DNA of 45,812 nucleotides from Candidatus Woesebacteria bacterium GW2011_GWC1_42_9 (GTDB lineage Bacteria; Patescibacteriota; Microgenomatia; UBA8517), in assembly GCA_000995185.1 (NCBI GenBank), contig LCET01000009.1:1-45812 (forward strand). The letters run 5' to 3'. The notes beneath the pieces are model-generated. The model searched no databases and was not told the origin of the DNA. It worked only from the letters and a program-made list of their open reading frames with translations. Position numbers and translations under genes: made by a program. Position 1 is the stretch's first letter, and the number at the start of each line of letters is the position of its first letter. Below are positions 18,086 through 30,638 of the stretch, one piece after another.

Positions 18086-19725
18086 TGTAGATCCATTGTT
18101 ATAAATTGTTGAATATGATAAACTTCTTCTGTAATATTTACAAAATGCTCATCTGTAAATATAGGAACTTGAAAACCATTATATTCATTCCATTTTGTTA
18201 TATCTAAACTGATTGGCAAACCTTTGACTATATATGGCAATGGTAAACAAGTCAGAGACATTCTCTTTAGCGAAGACCTAGTAAATCTGTTGGAATTACA
18301 GGCATTAAATATTAATAAGATTATATTGTTGACATATAGATTGTTCCAGTAGAGGAGAGATGACCCAAGATCGGCTCCGGAATCAACACTGGGGTTAACA
18401 GCCCCGCCTGAGCCAATGGAGAGGATGTCGGTCGTGGCATCATAGGTAAGCCCGGTGTCGCCGGCGATCGTAGAGGTGCCGGTCCAGTAAGTAAGCTGGT
18501 TTGCAATTCCAGTACCGCCAGTCCCTAGCCCTTCGGTTGTCCAGGTGCTTCCATTATAGACATAGAAGATATTATCGTCGCTATCCCAGGCGATATATCC
18601 CTCTCCGGCAGCAGGGGCAGTAAGTGATGTACTTTGAGGTAATTTGAATCCTTGTGCAGCAGTATCATTGTGTAATATCGCGGATAGATCAAGTAGGGCC
18701 CCGTCGGCTAAAGTGATTGAAGTGGAGTAGGTCGTGGCACCTGAAAAGGTATATGCCCCCGAGGCGGTATCTCCGGAATTGAAAAGGTATTTGTCGTCAA
18801 GTGTCACCTCACCGCTACTTACTCCGAAGTAGCTATCGCTAAATTTAGCAATTCCCTTGTTGTCGGTACTGGCATCCTCTCCGGCGATGGTGACTTGATT
18901 GGCGGCGCCTCGGGTGATATCAATCCCTTCTCCGGAAATAAGATTTAGGATCGCTCCATCAATTAGGGCGTCTTGAGTTGTTCCGTCGGTGGCAAACGAC
19001 CATGATGTATATGTATCGATCCCAGTCAGGTTGGATCCATCTCCGAAGACTGCACCGGTTACTTCTAAATCTCCCGAAATAAATAAATCATTGGTAGCAT
19101 CCATGATGTCGGAAGTCGGAAGTTCGCCTTCATTTGCAAAAGCGCTATAGATATTTGAAGTAATTCCTCCTACTGAGAGACTGCCACCTATAGTAACATC
19201 ATTTTTTAGGTTTGTAGGTACGTTTACATTAAAAATTATGTCTTCTGAGGAGATAGACTCGGCTAAAACCCTCCGCTCTTGATATGAATGCTTGATTTCG
19301 CTTAAAATACTGCTCCTATCTCTGGAATTTGGGGAAAAGATTTCAAAAGCATAGTTTTGCAGGGAAGTGGTTCTTAGTATAACAAATAGTATTAAAGCAA
19401 TACAGAAGGCGAGTGCATAGCCTTTTAATACTCGTAAGCTGATGTTGCGATTTTCATTAATTTCAGAAGCAGAAGTCGTATCTAGCTCATAAATACTGGG
19501 GTTGGCATGCGGAGCCGGTATAGTTTTTGCCCTATTTTTCGAGGTTTTATAGGCCTTAAGGTCATTTAGCAGATATCTTCGGTGATTGCCAGTCGTTCTT
19601 TGTGGAATTATTTTACCCTCAATTTCCCATCTACGAAGAGTCTTTTTACTAACTTTTAAAAACTCCGCAGCCTCAGCAATCGTAAAACTGTGATTGGTCG
19701 ATTTATCGTTCAGCAGGTTCCTCAT
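18043..19725 (-). CDS. N-terminal segment of the giant surface protein: excisionase/MerR-type HTH, one TM helix, extracellular beta-rich region
   Basis: HTH at aa 13-57 (FTIAEAAEFLKVSKKTLRRWEIEGKIIPQRTTGNHRRYLLNDL). TM helix at aa 101-119. The extracellular part is Gly/Thr/Asp-rich. Only the first ~467 aa (to 18325) look genuinely coding; the last ~93 aa are read-through of the AT-rich insert. Confidence 0.8.
   Translation of the reverse strand: MRNLLNDKSTNHSFTIAEAAEFLKVSKKTLRRWEIEGKIIPQRTTGNHRRYLLNDLKAYKTSKNRAKTIPAPHANPSIYELDTTSASEINENRNISLRVLKGYALAFCIALILFVILRTTSLQNYAFEIFSPNSRDRSSILSEIKHSYQERRVLAESISSEDIIFNVNVPTNLKNDVTIGGSLSVGGITSNIYSAFANEGELPTSDIMDATNDLFISGDLEVTGAVFGDGSNLTGIDTYTSWSFATDGTTQDALIDGAILNLISGEGIDITRGAANQVTIAGEDASTDNKGIAKFSDSYFGVSSGEVTLDDKYLFNSGDTASGAYTFSGATTYSTSITLADGALLDLSAILHNDTAAQGFKLPQSTSLTAPAAGEGYIAWDSDDNIFYVYNGSTWTTEGLGTGGTGIANQLTYWTGTSTIAGDTGLTYDATTDILSIGSGGAVNPSVDSGADLGSSLLYWNNLYVNNIILLIFNACNSNRFTRSSLKRMSLTCLPLPYIVKGLPISLDITKWNEYNGFQVPIFTDEHFVNITEEVYHIQQFITMDLQCLPALIQMGSLIF
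18095..18324. other. 230-bp AT-rich insert interrupting the giant surface-protein reading frame
   Basis: Hand count gives 63 G+C in 230 nt (27%), versus more than 50% in the flanking coding DNA. AACAAT (minus strand) occurs at 18330-18325 and 18100-18095. Removing 230 nt joins ...LYWNNLYVNN to GSTMLASLDTNGQ... in frame. Confidence 0.6.
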
Positions 19726-19888
19726 TTTGGCAGTATTTAATAATCTTGGACATTTGCTTCAAAATGTCTAATATCATTAATACAAAAATTACCCAATTTG
19801 TCAAGCACGAAATAAGGGAGGCTTATTTGTGTCAAGATAGAGTTTCTAGCTTGAATTCGAGCGAGCGATGTAATGGGCTGGTATTTTG

Positions 19889-19897
19889 TGCTATACT
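19889..19897 (+). promoter_or_regulatory. extended -10 promoter element (TGcTATACT) upstream of the 20040 gene
   Basis: tgctatact read directly. It would give a ~140-nt 5' region containing the three motif copies at 19949-20004. Confidence 0.3.
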
Positions 19898-19948
19898 GAA
19901 AAATAAGTGTTAGGAAGTACTTTAGCAGAATATCTTTGCAGTGTAAAT

Positions 19949-20004
19949 GCGGTAAATATAAAAGCCAATAGTTTTGATTACCGCAAAGCTAAATTATTTC
20001 CGCA
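19949..20004. promoter_or_regulatory. three GCGGWAAAT-type motif copies in the divergent region between the giant-protein gene and the 20040 gene
   Basis: GCGGTAAAT at 19949-19957, ATTACCGCA at 19977-19985 (inverted with respect to the first copy), ATTTCCGCA at 19996-20004. A further ATTACCGCA lies at 20078-20086, just inside the CDS. Confidence 0.4.
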
Positions 20005-20030
20005 ACTATATATTTGAGGCAAGCAGATAG

Positions 20031-20834
<804 letters not shown>

Positions 20835-20843
20835 TACATTGAT

Positions 20844-21347
20844 ATGTTTTTAAATAGAATTATACAATTAGTTAGAGGTAGAAGAGGCCCTGTCGGCCCA
20901 AGCGGGAACGTCCAGTCGCCAGTAATTGTCTTAGTTCTTGATGGTTGGGGAATCGCCCCGCTGTCTCAAGGGAATGCAATTAGCTTGGCAAAGACTCCAA
21001 ACATGAGTAGCTACCTGAAGTATTTCCCTCACGGTGAGCTGATCGCGGCCGGCGAGTCTGTGGGGCTCCCTGCCGGTGAGGCTGGAAATTCCGAGGTAGG
21101 GCACTTGACTATGGGGGCAGGTAAACCAACTCCTCAGAGTCTGACAAGGATAAATCGATCTGTTAAAGACGGGTCGTTTCATAATAACGCCGCTTTTTTG
21201 AAGGCCGTAAATCATGTCAAGGTGAATGGATCAAAGCTCCATCTCATGGGAATGGTAGGTAGCGGAGGAGTACACTCGTCAATTGACCATTTTTATTCTT
21301 TGATTGGCGACATTAGCCGGCCGCTACTACGCTATGGACCGCGATAA
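20844..21347 (+). pseudogene. gpmI: 2,3-bisphosphoglycerate-independent phosphoglycerate mutase, N-terminal fragment
   Basis: VLDGWGIAP..., GNSEVGHLTMGAG and GGVHSSIDH match iPGM up to about residue 130. The frame then runs out into unrelated residues and a stop. Confidence 0.75.
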
Positions 21348-22425
21348 ACGCTGGGATCGCACCAGAAAAGCCTATGATGCCATCGTGCTTGGGAGGGGAG
21401 GACAGGCGGTTTCAGCAGAGGAGGCAATAAAAAGTTCTTTTGCCCAGGGCGTGACAGACGAATTTATTGCTCCAGTTGTGATTATGGAGGGGGGGAAGCC
21501 TGTGGCGACAGTTGACGATAACGACGCCGTAATCTTTTTTAATTTTAGAATTGATCGCCCAAGGCAATTGACGATGGCTTTTGTTCTTCCTGATTTTGAA
21601 AAGATTGAAGGAATTGAGGTGGAGGTGGCCCCGCACGAGGAAAATATTCCTAGAAGAAAGAAGGAGTTGATTAAAGGACCGACTTTTAAGCGAGAGAAAT
21701 GGCCTAAAAACCTCTATTTTGTAACAATGACTGAGTATCACCGCGATTTTCCGGTTAGCGCAATTGCTTTCCCTCCCTTGGTCGTAGAAAATCCTCTTCC
21801 TAAAATTCTCTCCCAAAGTAGTATGAAGCAGCTTTGTTTAGCAGAAAGCGAGAAAGAAAAGATGGTCACTTTTTATTACAATGGGATGCGCGCAAAGGGG
21901 TTTGAAGGCGAAGATGCGGTTATTATCCCGTCCCCAAAAGTGGCTACCTATGACAAAAAGCCGGAGATGAGTTTATTTAAGATTATTGATGAGTTTAAGC
22001 GTCAGATAGCAAGGCGCTACTATCATTTTGCATTTGTAAATTTTGCCAATGCCGACATGGTTGCTCATAGCGGGAACCTGAAGGCTTCGATAAAGGCTTG
22101 CGAGTATATCGATAAAGCGGTGGGGGAATTTGTAACTGTTGCCTTACAATATAATGCGACGGTGATCATTTCGGCTGACCATGGCAATGCCGAAGACTTG
22201 CTGTCTTATCCTAATAAGTCTTTTTTCTTCACAACCCAGGAGGGCACCACCAATACAGAGCACTCTGCAAATCCTGTTCCAGTATTAATTATCAATAATT
22301 CCCTGCGCGGGAAAGCTGTTACACTTGAGAAAGGGTCTTTGGCTGATATCGCGCCAACGGTACTAGGGCTATTTGGCCTGCCGGTGCCGCCTGAAATGGA
22401 GGGAAAAGATTTATTAAAACAATGA
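21304..22425 (+). pseudogene. gpmI: 2,3-bisphosphoglycerate-independent phosphoglycerate mutase, C-terminal fragment in a different frame
   Basis: Starts at TTG directly after an in-frame TGA. ATLAGRYYAMDRDKRWDR, SPKVATYDKKPEMS, NFANADMVAHSG and SADHGNAE match iPGM from about residue 180 onward. About 46 aa, including the DGRD substrate-binding segment, are missing between the fragments. Confidence 0.75.
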
Positions 22426-22955
22426 GCGATTTTATGACGCGATTACTAATTATTTCCGGAGCAGTCAATATACTTCTACTTTATATAGCAGTGAGTTTAT
22501 TTGCGACAGTGAGAATTGTGAGAAAGCGGTACAAGAAGTTAGCACGAAGCCATGTAGTCTTAAAGTCAAGAAGCAAATCTAGAAAGATTATCAGTGATGC
22601 GCGCGACACTGCCCAGAAGATCATCAATGAAAGCAGGCTCTACCGGCACGAGATCGAGGCGAGCGTGGAGGACACTATCCGAGAGGTTGTCAATAACGGA
22701 CTTAAAGGCGCGATCGAAAATGCTTCGGGAGCGATAGAGAAAGGGATAATTGAGGAAATATCGAAATCAAAGGCGATGGTTGACAAAGAGCTTTTGGAAT
22801 ATAAGGCCAAAAAGATAAATGAGATCGATCAAAAAGTATCTGAAGTAACTAAAAAGATACTTAGAGATACTTTAAGTAAGTCATTGAGTGAGAGTGACCA
22901 AGAAAAGCTTATTTTAGATGCCCTTACCAAAGCAAAAACCAATGAGATTCTCTAA
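22422..22955 (+). CDS. atpF: F-type ATP synthase subunit b-like (one TM helix plus a long helical stalk)
   Basis: 177 aa. N-terminal TM helix followed by a charged helical region. Its position immediately upstream of the delta-alpha-gamma-beta-epsilon genes fits subunit b. Its ATGA overlaps the gpmI stop. Confidence 0.65.
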   Translation: MSDFMTRLLIISGAVNILLLYIAVSLFATVRIVRKRYKKLARSHVVLKSRSKSRKIISDARDTAQKIINESRLYRHEIEASVEDTIREVVNNGLKGAIENASGAIEKGIIEEISKSKAMVDKELLEYKAKKINEIDQKVSEVTKKILRDTLSKSLSESDQEKLILDALTKAKTNEIL

Positions 22956-23361
22956 TATACTTAGCCTTATTCGTACCTCAAGTGAGCTTGCTCTTTTAAG
23001 CACTGAGCTCGGGGATTTACGTGATGAAGATTTTCAAGGGACTAAAAAGAGTGATGTAAGGATGGAAACTCGGGAAGCAGTCCGTAAGGATTTTGAAGCC
23101 AGTAAATTGGAAAAGGATCAGTTTTTTAGTGAGCTTGAGGCAATTCTTGATGGGATGCCGGAGCTCGTATTAGAAGTTTCAATTCAGCCGGGCGAGGGAT
23201 TAATTGAAAAAATTTACGAATGGCTTTTGGGAAATATGGAGAATAAGGTGATAGTTAATTTTGTAATTAAGCCCGAGCTTATCGGAGGAGCAACAATATC
23301 TTTTCAAGGAAAATTTGGAGATTATTCTTTATGTTCGGTGCTTACCAATGAAGGATTTTAA
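22942..23361 (+). CDS. atpH: F-type ATP synthase subunit delta (OSCP)-like, short
   Basis: The C-terminal motif KPELIGGATISFQGKFGDYSL is typical of delta. Only about 140 aa. An alternative upstream start is at 22918. Confidence 0.6.
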   Translation: MRFSNILSLIRTSSELALLSTELGDLRDEDFQGTKKSDVRMETREAVRKDFEASKLEKDQFFSELEAILDGMPELVLEVSIQPGEGLIEKIYEWLLGNMENKVIVNFVIKPELIGGATISFQGKFGDYSLCSVLTNEGF

Positions 23362-24812
23362 TTATTATCTTAACAAGTTTGGAGAGATAGGGTTTATCGA
23401 GGAGTCTTTGAGCTCGGTAGTTTATGTTGAAGGGCTGCCTGAAGTACGCCCCGGGGAATTGGTGATATTTGAAACAAATGACGGCGATAGTAAAATCGAC
23501 CATGTGGGCCAAGTGCTATCACTGACCGTGGAATACGCAGAGGTGCTTCTTTTTACTAATGAACAGATTAATGTGGGAACGAAAGTTGCTAGAACTGGGG
23601 AGACTTTGACCATGCCGGTTGGCGAGGAGATGATGGGGAAGACGATCGTGCCTCTTGGAAGTATGGTAGGGGAGGAACTAAAGCAAATTGATACAACCCC
23701 GAGTGGGCTATCGGCTCGGTCGGCAGTAAATAAACCGCTTGTTACAGGTGTCACCATAGTTGACTTGGTGGTTCCTTTAGGGAAGGGACAAAGGGAGCTT
23801 ATTATAGGCGATGGTAAAACTGGTAAGACCATGTTCTTGTTGCAGACGATGCTCACTCAAGCTCTCTCTGGAACGATCTGCATCTATGCCGCTGTAGGGA
23901 AAAGACAGCAAGATACCAAAAAAGTTGAGGAGTTTATTAAAAAAAATAAAATAGAGAAGAGCTGTGTAATTATTGCTAGTGACGCGGCCGATCCAGCGGG
24001 ACTGGTGTATGTAACTCCGTATGCCGCTATGAGTGTGGCAGAGTATTTTCGGGACTTGGGCAGGGACGTCTTAATTATTTTGGATGATCTTACTACGCAC
24101 GCTAGGTATTACCGGGAAATTTCGCTTCTTTTGCGAAGATTTCCTGGAAGAGATGCCTATCCTGGGGACATTTTTTATGCCCACTCAAGGCTTTTGGAGC
24201 GGGGAGGATGCTTCAAACTTGGGAATAAGGAAGTCTCGATCAGCTGTCTTCCCGTTGCTGAAAGTAAGCTTGGGGACTTGTCCGGGTTTATCCAAACAAA
24301 TCTTATGGCGATTACCGACGGGCATATATATTTTGATCGCGACCTTTTTAACAAGGGGTACCGCCCGGCAGTGAGCCCGTATTTGTCTGTTACCAGGGTC
24401 GGGAGGCAAGCGCATATCGATATCGTCCGCGATATCAGCCGGGAAATTTCGAGCTTTTTAGTATCGCAAACCAGGATGCGGCAGCATATTAGATTTGGGG
24501 CGGAGCTTGGGGAAGAGGTACAACAAAAGCTTGCCCTGGGGGAGCAAGTATCGGTTTTGTTTGATCAAACTGTCGCCTATATTGTCCCACTGGAAGCGAG
24601 CATATTCATGTTTGGAGCACTTTGGGCAGATATCTGGAAAGGGTTTGATAAGGAGGCAACAAAGTCTGAGATAGTTAAAGTAATCTCTCGGTATAACAAA
24701 GAGAAATCATTTAGAGATATGGTAATTAAGCTAGTCAATGAATCAAAGACGCTTTCTGAGCTTAAAACAAAGATTGCCAGTAATCCAGAGATGGTAAAAG
24801 CAAACTTGTCCC

Positions 24813-24820
<8 letters not shown>
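23348..24820 (+). CDS. atpA: F-type ATP synthase subunit alpha
   Basis: Walker A GDGKTGKT, ILDDLTTHARYYREISLLLRRFPGRDAYPGDIFYAHSRLLER, and position in the operon. The ORF track start at 23315 lies inside atpH, so ATG 23348 (MKDFNYY...) is preferred. Confidence 0.93.
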
Positions 24821-27304
<2,484 letters not shown>

Positions 27305-27311
27305 CGTAGTG

Positions 27312-27383
27312 TCGGGGTGCTGGGAATTGAACCCAGTGTCTCTGCGTCCCGAACGCAGCGTGTTACCGATACACTACACCCCG
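27312..27383 (-). tRNA. tRNA-Pro (anticodon CGG)
   Basis: Hand-folded 72-nt cloverleaf: acceptor CGGGGTG/CACCCCG, D stem GTGT/ACAC, anticodon stem CTGCG/CGCAG with loop TTCGGGA, T arm CTGGG-TTCAATT-CCCAG. CCA is not encoded. Confidence 0.9.
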
Positions 27384-27581
27384 CTTCCCATGTTTAGGCC
27401 TAAAAGTGCCCTGTTAACTTAACTTGTTCATTATACAGTATGCCTGAAATATTGCAGAGAGATAGACTAATCTTATAGTCTGAGTTCATCAACGAGTTAT
27501 CCACAATTTCTGGGTACAATTTTTATATACTTATAGTTTGTGATAGTTTAGGGAGTTTAAGAAAGTAGGTTATAATTATTT

Positions 27582-28253
27582 ATGTTGGGCAAGCTTTATG
27601 TAGTCGCTACACCGATTGGGAATTTGGGGGATATAAGCGAGCGGGCGATTAAGACACTAAAAGAGGTGGATTTAATATACGCTGAGGACACTCGTGTTAC
27701 AAACAAATTGTTAGATCACTTTGAGATAGATAATCATGCTTTGTCATATCACCAACACAGTCATGATTCTAAGAAAGACGAAATTTTGTTGAGGCTATTA
27801 GCAGGGGAAAGTATTGCTTTGGTAAGCGACGCTGGGACGCCAGGCATTAGTGACCCAGGGAATGAATTGATAGATTACGTGATTTCAAAATCTGAGCTTG
27901 AAATTATTCCAGTTCCCGGTCCATCGGCAGGAATCACCGCGCTTTCAGTGTGTGGGTTTGATGTAAATAAGTATATATTTATTGGGTTTATGCCCAAAAA
28001 GAAGCGTTTGAAATTGTTAAAGTTTTTAAACGATTCGCGATTGACTTTTGTGTTCTATGAGTCGCCGCATAGGATCATTAAAACGCTTAAGGTTATCAGA
28101 GAAAATCTTGGTGAGAGGCGAGTATTTGTCGCTCGTGAACTTACCAAGATGCATGAGACCCTCTACAGAGGAGAGATTGATAAGGTGATCAAAGATCTTC
28201 AAGCTTCCACCCTCAAAGGCGAGATAACCGTAGTGGTCGAGAAACCATTATAG
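27582..28253 (+). CDS. rsmI: 16S rRNA (cytidine1402-2'-O)-methyltransferase
   Basis: 223 aa. LYVVATPIGNLGDISERAIKTLKEVDLIYAEDTR and SDAGTPGISDPG are typical of the RsmI/tetrapyrrole-methylase fold. TATAAT at 27571-27576 lies 5 nt before the ATG. Confidence 0.9.
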   Translation: MLGKLYVVATPIGNLGDISERAIKTLKEVDLIYAEDTRVTNKLLDHFEIDNHALSYHQHSHDSKKDEILLRLLAGESIALVSDAGTPGISDPGNELIDYVISKSELEIIPVPGPSAGITALSVCGFDVNKYIFIGFMPKKKRLKLLKFLNDSRLTFVFYESPHRIIKTLKVIRENLGERRVFVARELTKMHETLYRGEIDKVIKDLQASTLKGEITVVVEKPL

Positions 28254-28260
28254 TTTGATG

Positions 28261-28332
28261 TGTCCCCGGGAAGAGTCGAACTTCCATTTAAGGTTTAGGA
28301 AACCTCCGTTCTATCCGTTGAACTACGGGGAC
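28261..28332 (-). tRNA. tRNA-Arg (anticodon CCT)
   Basis: Hand-folded 72-nt cloverleaf: acceptor GTCCCCG/CGGGGAC, D stem GTTC/GAAC, anticodon stem GAGGT/ACCTT with loop TTCCTAA, T arm GGAAG-TTCGACT-CTTCC. CCA is not encoded. Confidence 0.88.
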
Positions 28333-28349
28333 TCATTATAGGAAACTTA

Positions 28350-29516
28350 CTATCTCAAGCCCAGCCAGTATAAATTAGTGGGTGAGTCTTGTGCTCCTAA
28401 ATTCGTTAGGATCAATATCCTATTGGCACTTGAGGAAGAGTAGGCATGGGGGAAGCTATAGTTCCCACTAAAGACAGTGAGGTTATTTGTGCCGTCGTAA
28501 TCCATTACTTTTATTTCGTTCTCCTTAGGGGAAATAAGGTTAACTGAGTTTGGGAGCCAGTGAATTATATCATTAGAAGTGCCTACCTTGAAATTTTTAT
28601 CTTCCTTAGTGTCGTATACATATGTATTGCCGTCAGTGATCTCTCTTTCTTCTTTTTGGGTAGAGGCTCCCGGCAGAGGATCAATGAAACCTTCTGGGAT
28701 GCTTGCGCTTCCACTTGCTGTATAGAGGATCCTGTCTTCATCTGGAGAAAAAAGAATACCCTTCGCACTTTTTTCAAAAATTTGCGCGAGCTCATCAGGA
28801 AGCTTTTCTAGGCGAGACTCGATTTGTTTTTGATTTTCCTCTTCCCAAGCACGGGAGATATCATTTAACTCAGTGATGATATTAACCAATTGGTTTTGAG
28901 GGGTGTATTTAGACGCATCCAAAAGAAATGCCCCCTCAGAGGTAGTTAGAAGGATTTCGCTTCCATTAGGCGACCATTCCCAAGTAGCCTCAGTGAGATC
29001 CCCATTGGTTATTTGGCGCGAACTTCTATTAAATCCTAGAGGCAGATTTACAGTTTCAATGACCCAAAGCCCTGCTTTTTCCCCGTTATCCCCGTTTGGG
29101 GCAATGGCATAGGCGATGCTGGTAAGGTCCTTATTAGATACTGGATTGATGGCGCCTGAAAAGGTAAGTGCGCTTAAGTTGGGTGCGGTGGAAACTAAAA
29201 AAGCGTCAACTTGAGTAACCTCCTCTTTGGCAACTTCAATCGTTTTTTGCCAGGTTAGAAATCCCTCTTTCTTAATTTCTACTGCATGAGGCCCCGGGGA
29301 CAAGCTAATAGTTGCATTTGTGGCGGTTTCAAGCTTCCCATCCACGTATACTTGGGCTCCATTGGGCTCAGAATTTGCAACTAAAAGTCCTTTGGGTAAA
29401 AGTTCCAATTTTTCTGTATCAAAACGATATCCTCTAGCAAAAAGTATACCAATAGTCCCAAACACGCCGATGATTATTAGTGTGATTAATATCATGAGTA
29501 GCCGCACTTTTGTCAT
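28350..29516 (-). CDS. membrane-anchored PEGA-domain protein with a TolB/WD40-like beta-propeller region
   Basis: 388 aa. N-terminal TM helix. PEGA-like segment AQVYVDGKLETATNATISLSPGPHAVEIKKEGFLTWQKTIEV. Repeated SPNGSE/SPDEDR-type propeller motifs. Confidence 0.75.
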   Translation of the reverse strand: MTKVRLLMILITLIIIGVFGTIGILFARGYRFDTEKLELLPKGLLVANSEPNGAQVYVDGKLETATNATISLSPGPHAVEIKKEGFLTWQKTIEVAKEEVTQVDAFLVSTAPNLSALTFSGAINPVSNKDLTSIAYAIAPNGDNGEKAGLWVIETVNLPLGFNRSSRQITNGDLTEATWEWSPNGSEILLTTSEGAFLLDASKYTPQNQLVNIITELNDISRAWEEENQKQIESRLEKLPDELAQIFEKSAKGILFSPDEDRILYTASGSASIPEGFIDPLPGASTQKEEREITDGNTYVYDTKEDKNFKVGTSNDIIHWLPNSVNLISPKENEIKVMDYDGTNNLTVFSGNYSFPHAYSSSSANRILILTNLGAQDSPTNLYWLGLR

Positions 29517-29554
29517 TGGATATATTATACAATTAAGTTTCCTGATAGGCTATA

Positions 29555-30568
29555 ATGCGCATGATGCGGAAGAAATTGGCGATTGATCTAGGCACAGCAA
29601 ACACCTTAGTTTGGGTAGCAGGAGAGGGAATAATTGCAAATGAACCAACGGTGGTTGCCGTTAATGCCGAAGATAATAAGGTTGTCGCTGTTGGCGAGGA
29701 AGCAAAAAGGATGCTTGGGAGGACACCTGAGGCGTTAATTGCTTCAAGGCCGATGCGGGAAGGAGTCATCGCTGACTACCAGATCACGAAAGTGATGCTC
29801 AAGTACTTCATTAATAAAGTGTACGGGAGATTTCAGCTTTTTAAGCCTGAGGTCATGGTTTGTGTCCCGGCAGGTTGCACCCAAGTGGAGCGAAGGGCCG
29901 CGCTTGATGCGACCCTCGAAGCTGGGGCGGCGCGGGCTTACTTGATTGATGAGCCCTTGGCCGCGGCAATTGGGGCAAATATCCCGGTCTCTGCCCCAAG
30001 CGGGCATATGATCGTGGACATGGGAGGGGGTGCCGCTGAGGCTGCTGTGATTTCTCTGGGGGGAGTAGTGAATCACAAAAGCGTCCGTGTGGCAGGGAAC
30101 AAGGTGGATGAGGCGATCCAAATATATATCAAAAAGAAGTATAATTTGATAATTGGCGATCAGACTGCAGAGGATATCAAAGTCAAGCTTGGCTCCGCCA
30201 CTAAACTTGATAAAGAAGAAAAATATGAGATCTCAGGGAGGGATTTGGTTTTTGGTTTGCCAAGAAGCGTTGAAATCACTTCAACAGATATCACCGAGGC
30301 CATGCGGGGGACTCTTCTTCAAATTATAGGGGCAGTTAAAGCCGTTTTGGAAGATACGCCGCCGGAGCTTGCTTCAGACATTATCGATAAAGGGATTGTG
30401 ATGAGTGGTGGGACTAGTATGTTAAGAAACTTTGATAAACTAATGACAGAGGAAACTGGCGTCCCAAGCCATGTTGCCGATGATGCGCTTTATTGTGTAG
30501 TAAGAGGGACGGGAATGGTATTGGAAAATATTGAGGTTTGGAAGAATAGCATTACCACGAAAAGATAG
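29555..30568 (+). CDS. mreB: rod-shape-determining actin homologue MreB
   Basis: 337 aa. Motifs LAIDLGTANTLVW, EPLAAAIGA, VDMGGGAAEAAVISLGG and GIVMSGGTSMLRN. Confidence 0.95.
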   Translation: MRMMRKKLAIDLGTANTLVWVAGEGIIANEPTVVAVNAEDNKVVAVGEEAKRMLGRTPEALIASRPMREGVIADYQITKVMLKYFINKVYGRFQLFKPEVMVCVPAGCTQVERRAALDATLEAGAARAYLIDEPLAAAIGANIPVSAPSGHMIVDMGGGAAEAAVISLGGVVNHKSVRVAGNKVDEAIQIYIKKKYNLIIGDQTAEDIKVKLGSATKLDKEEKYEISGRDLVFGLPRSVEITSTDITEAMRGTLLQIIGAVKAVLEDTPPELASDIIDKGIVMSGGTSMLRNFDKLMTEETGVPSHVADDALYCVVRGTGMVLENIEVWKNSITTKR

Positions 30569-30614
30569 CCGATAATAATTGTACATTGAGAGCTAATATT
30601 TTGGGTAATCATTC

Positions 30615-30638
30615 AGGCTAATGGAGGAGAATTAGCCT
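30615..30638 (+). terminator. hairpin downstream of mreB
   Basis: AGGCTAAT-GGAGGAGA-ATTAGCCT (8-bp stem) followed by TAAATTTTG, 46 nt after the mreB stop. Confidence 0.4.

Noticed and set aside
18043-18330. Intein or group I/II intron as the explanation for the insert in the giant gene
   Set aside because: An intein is excluded because the flanking exteins are in different frames and there are no Cys/Ser...HN boundary residues. At 230 nt and 27% GC the insert is too small for group II and at the extreme low end for group I, and I saw no obvious paired elements. The insert is kept as an open question in the findings.
12001-19725. Diversity-generating retroelement targeting the surface protein
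   Set aside because: There is no reverse transcriptase gene and no template/variable repeat pair with adenine-specific mismatches anywhere in the window.
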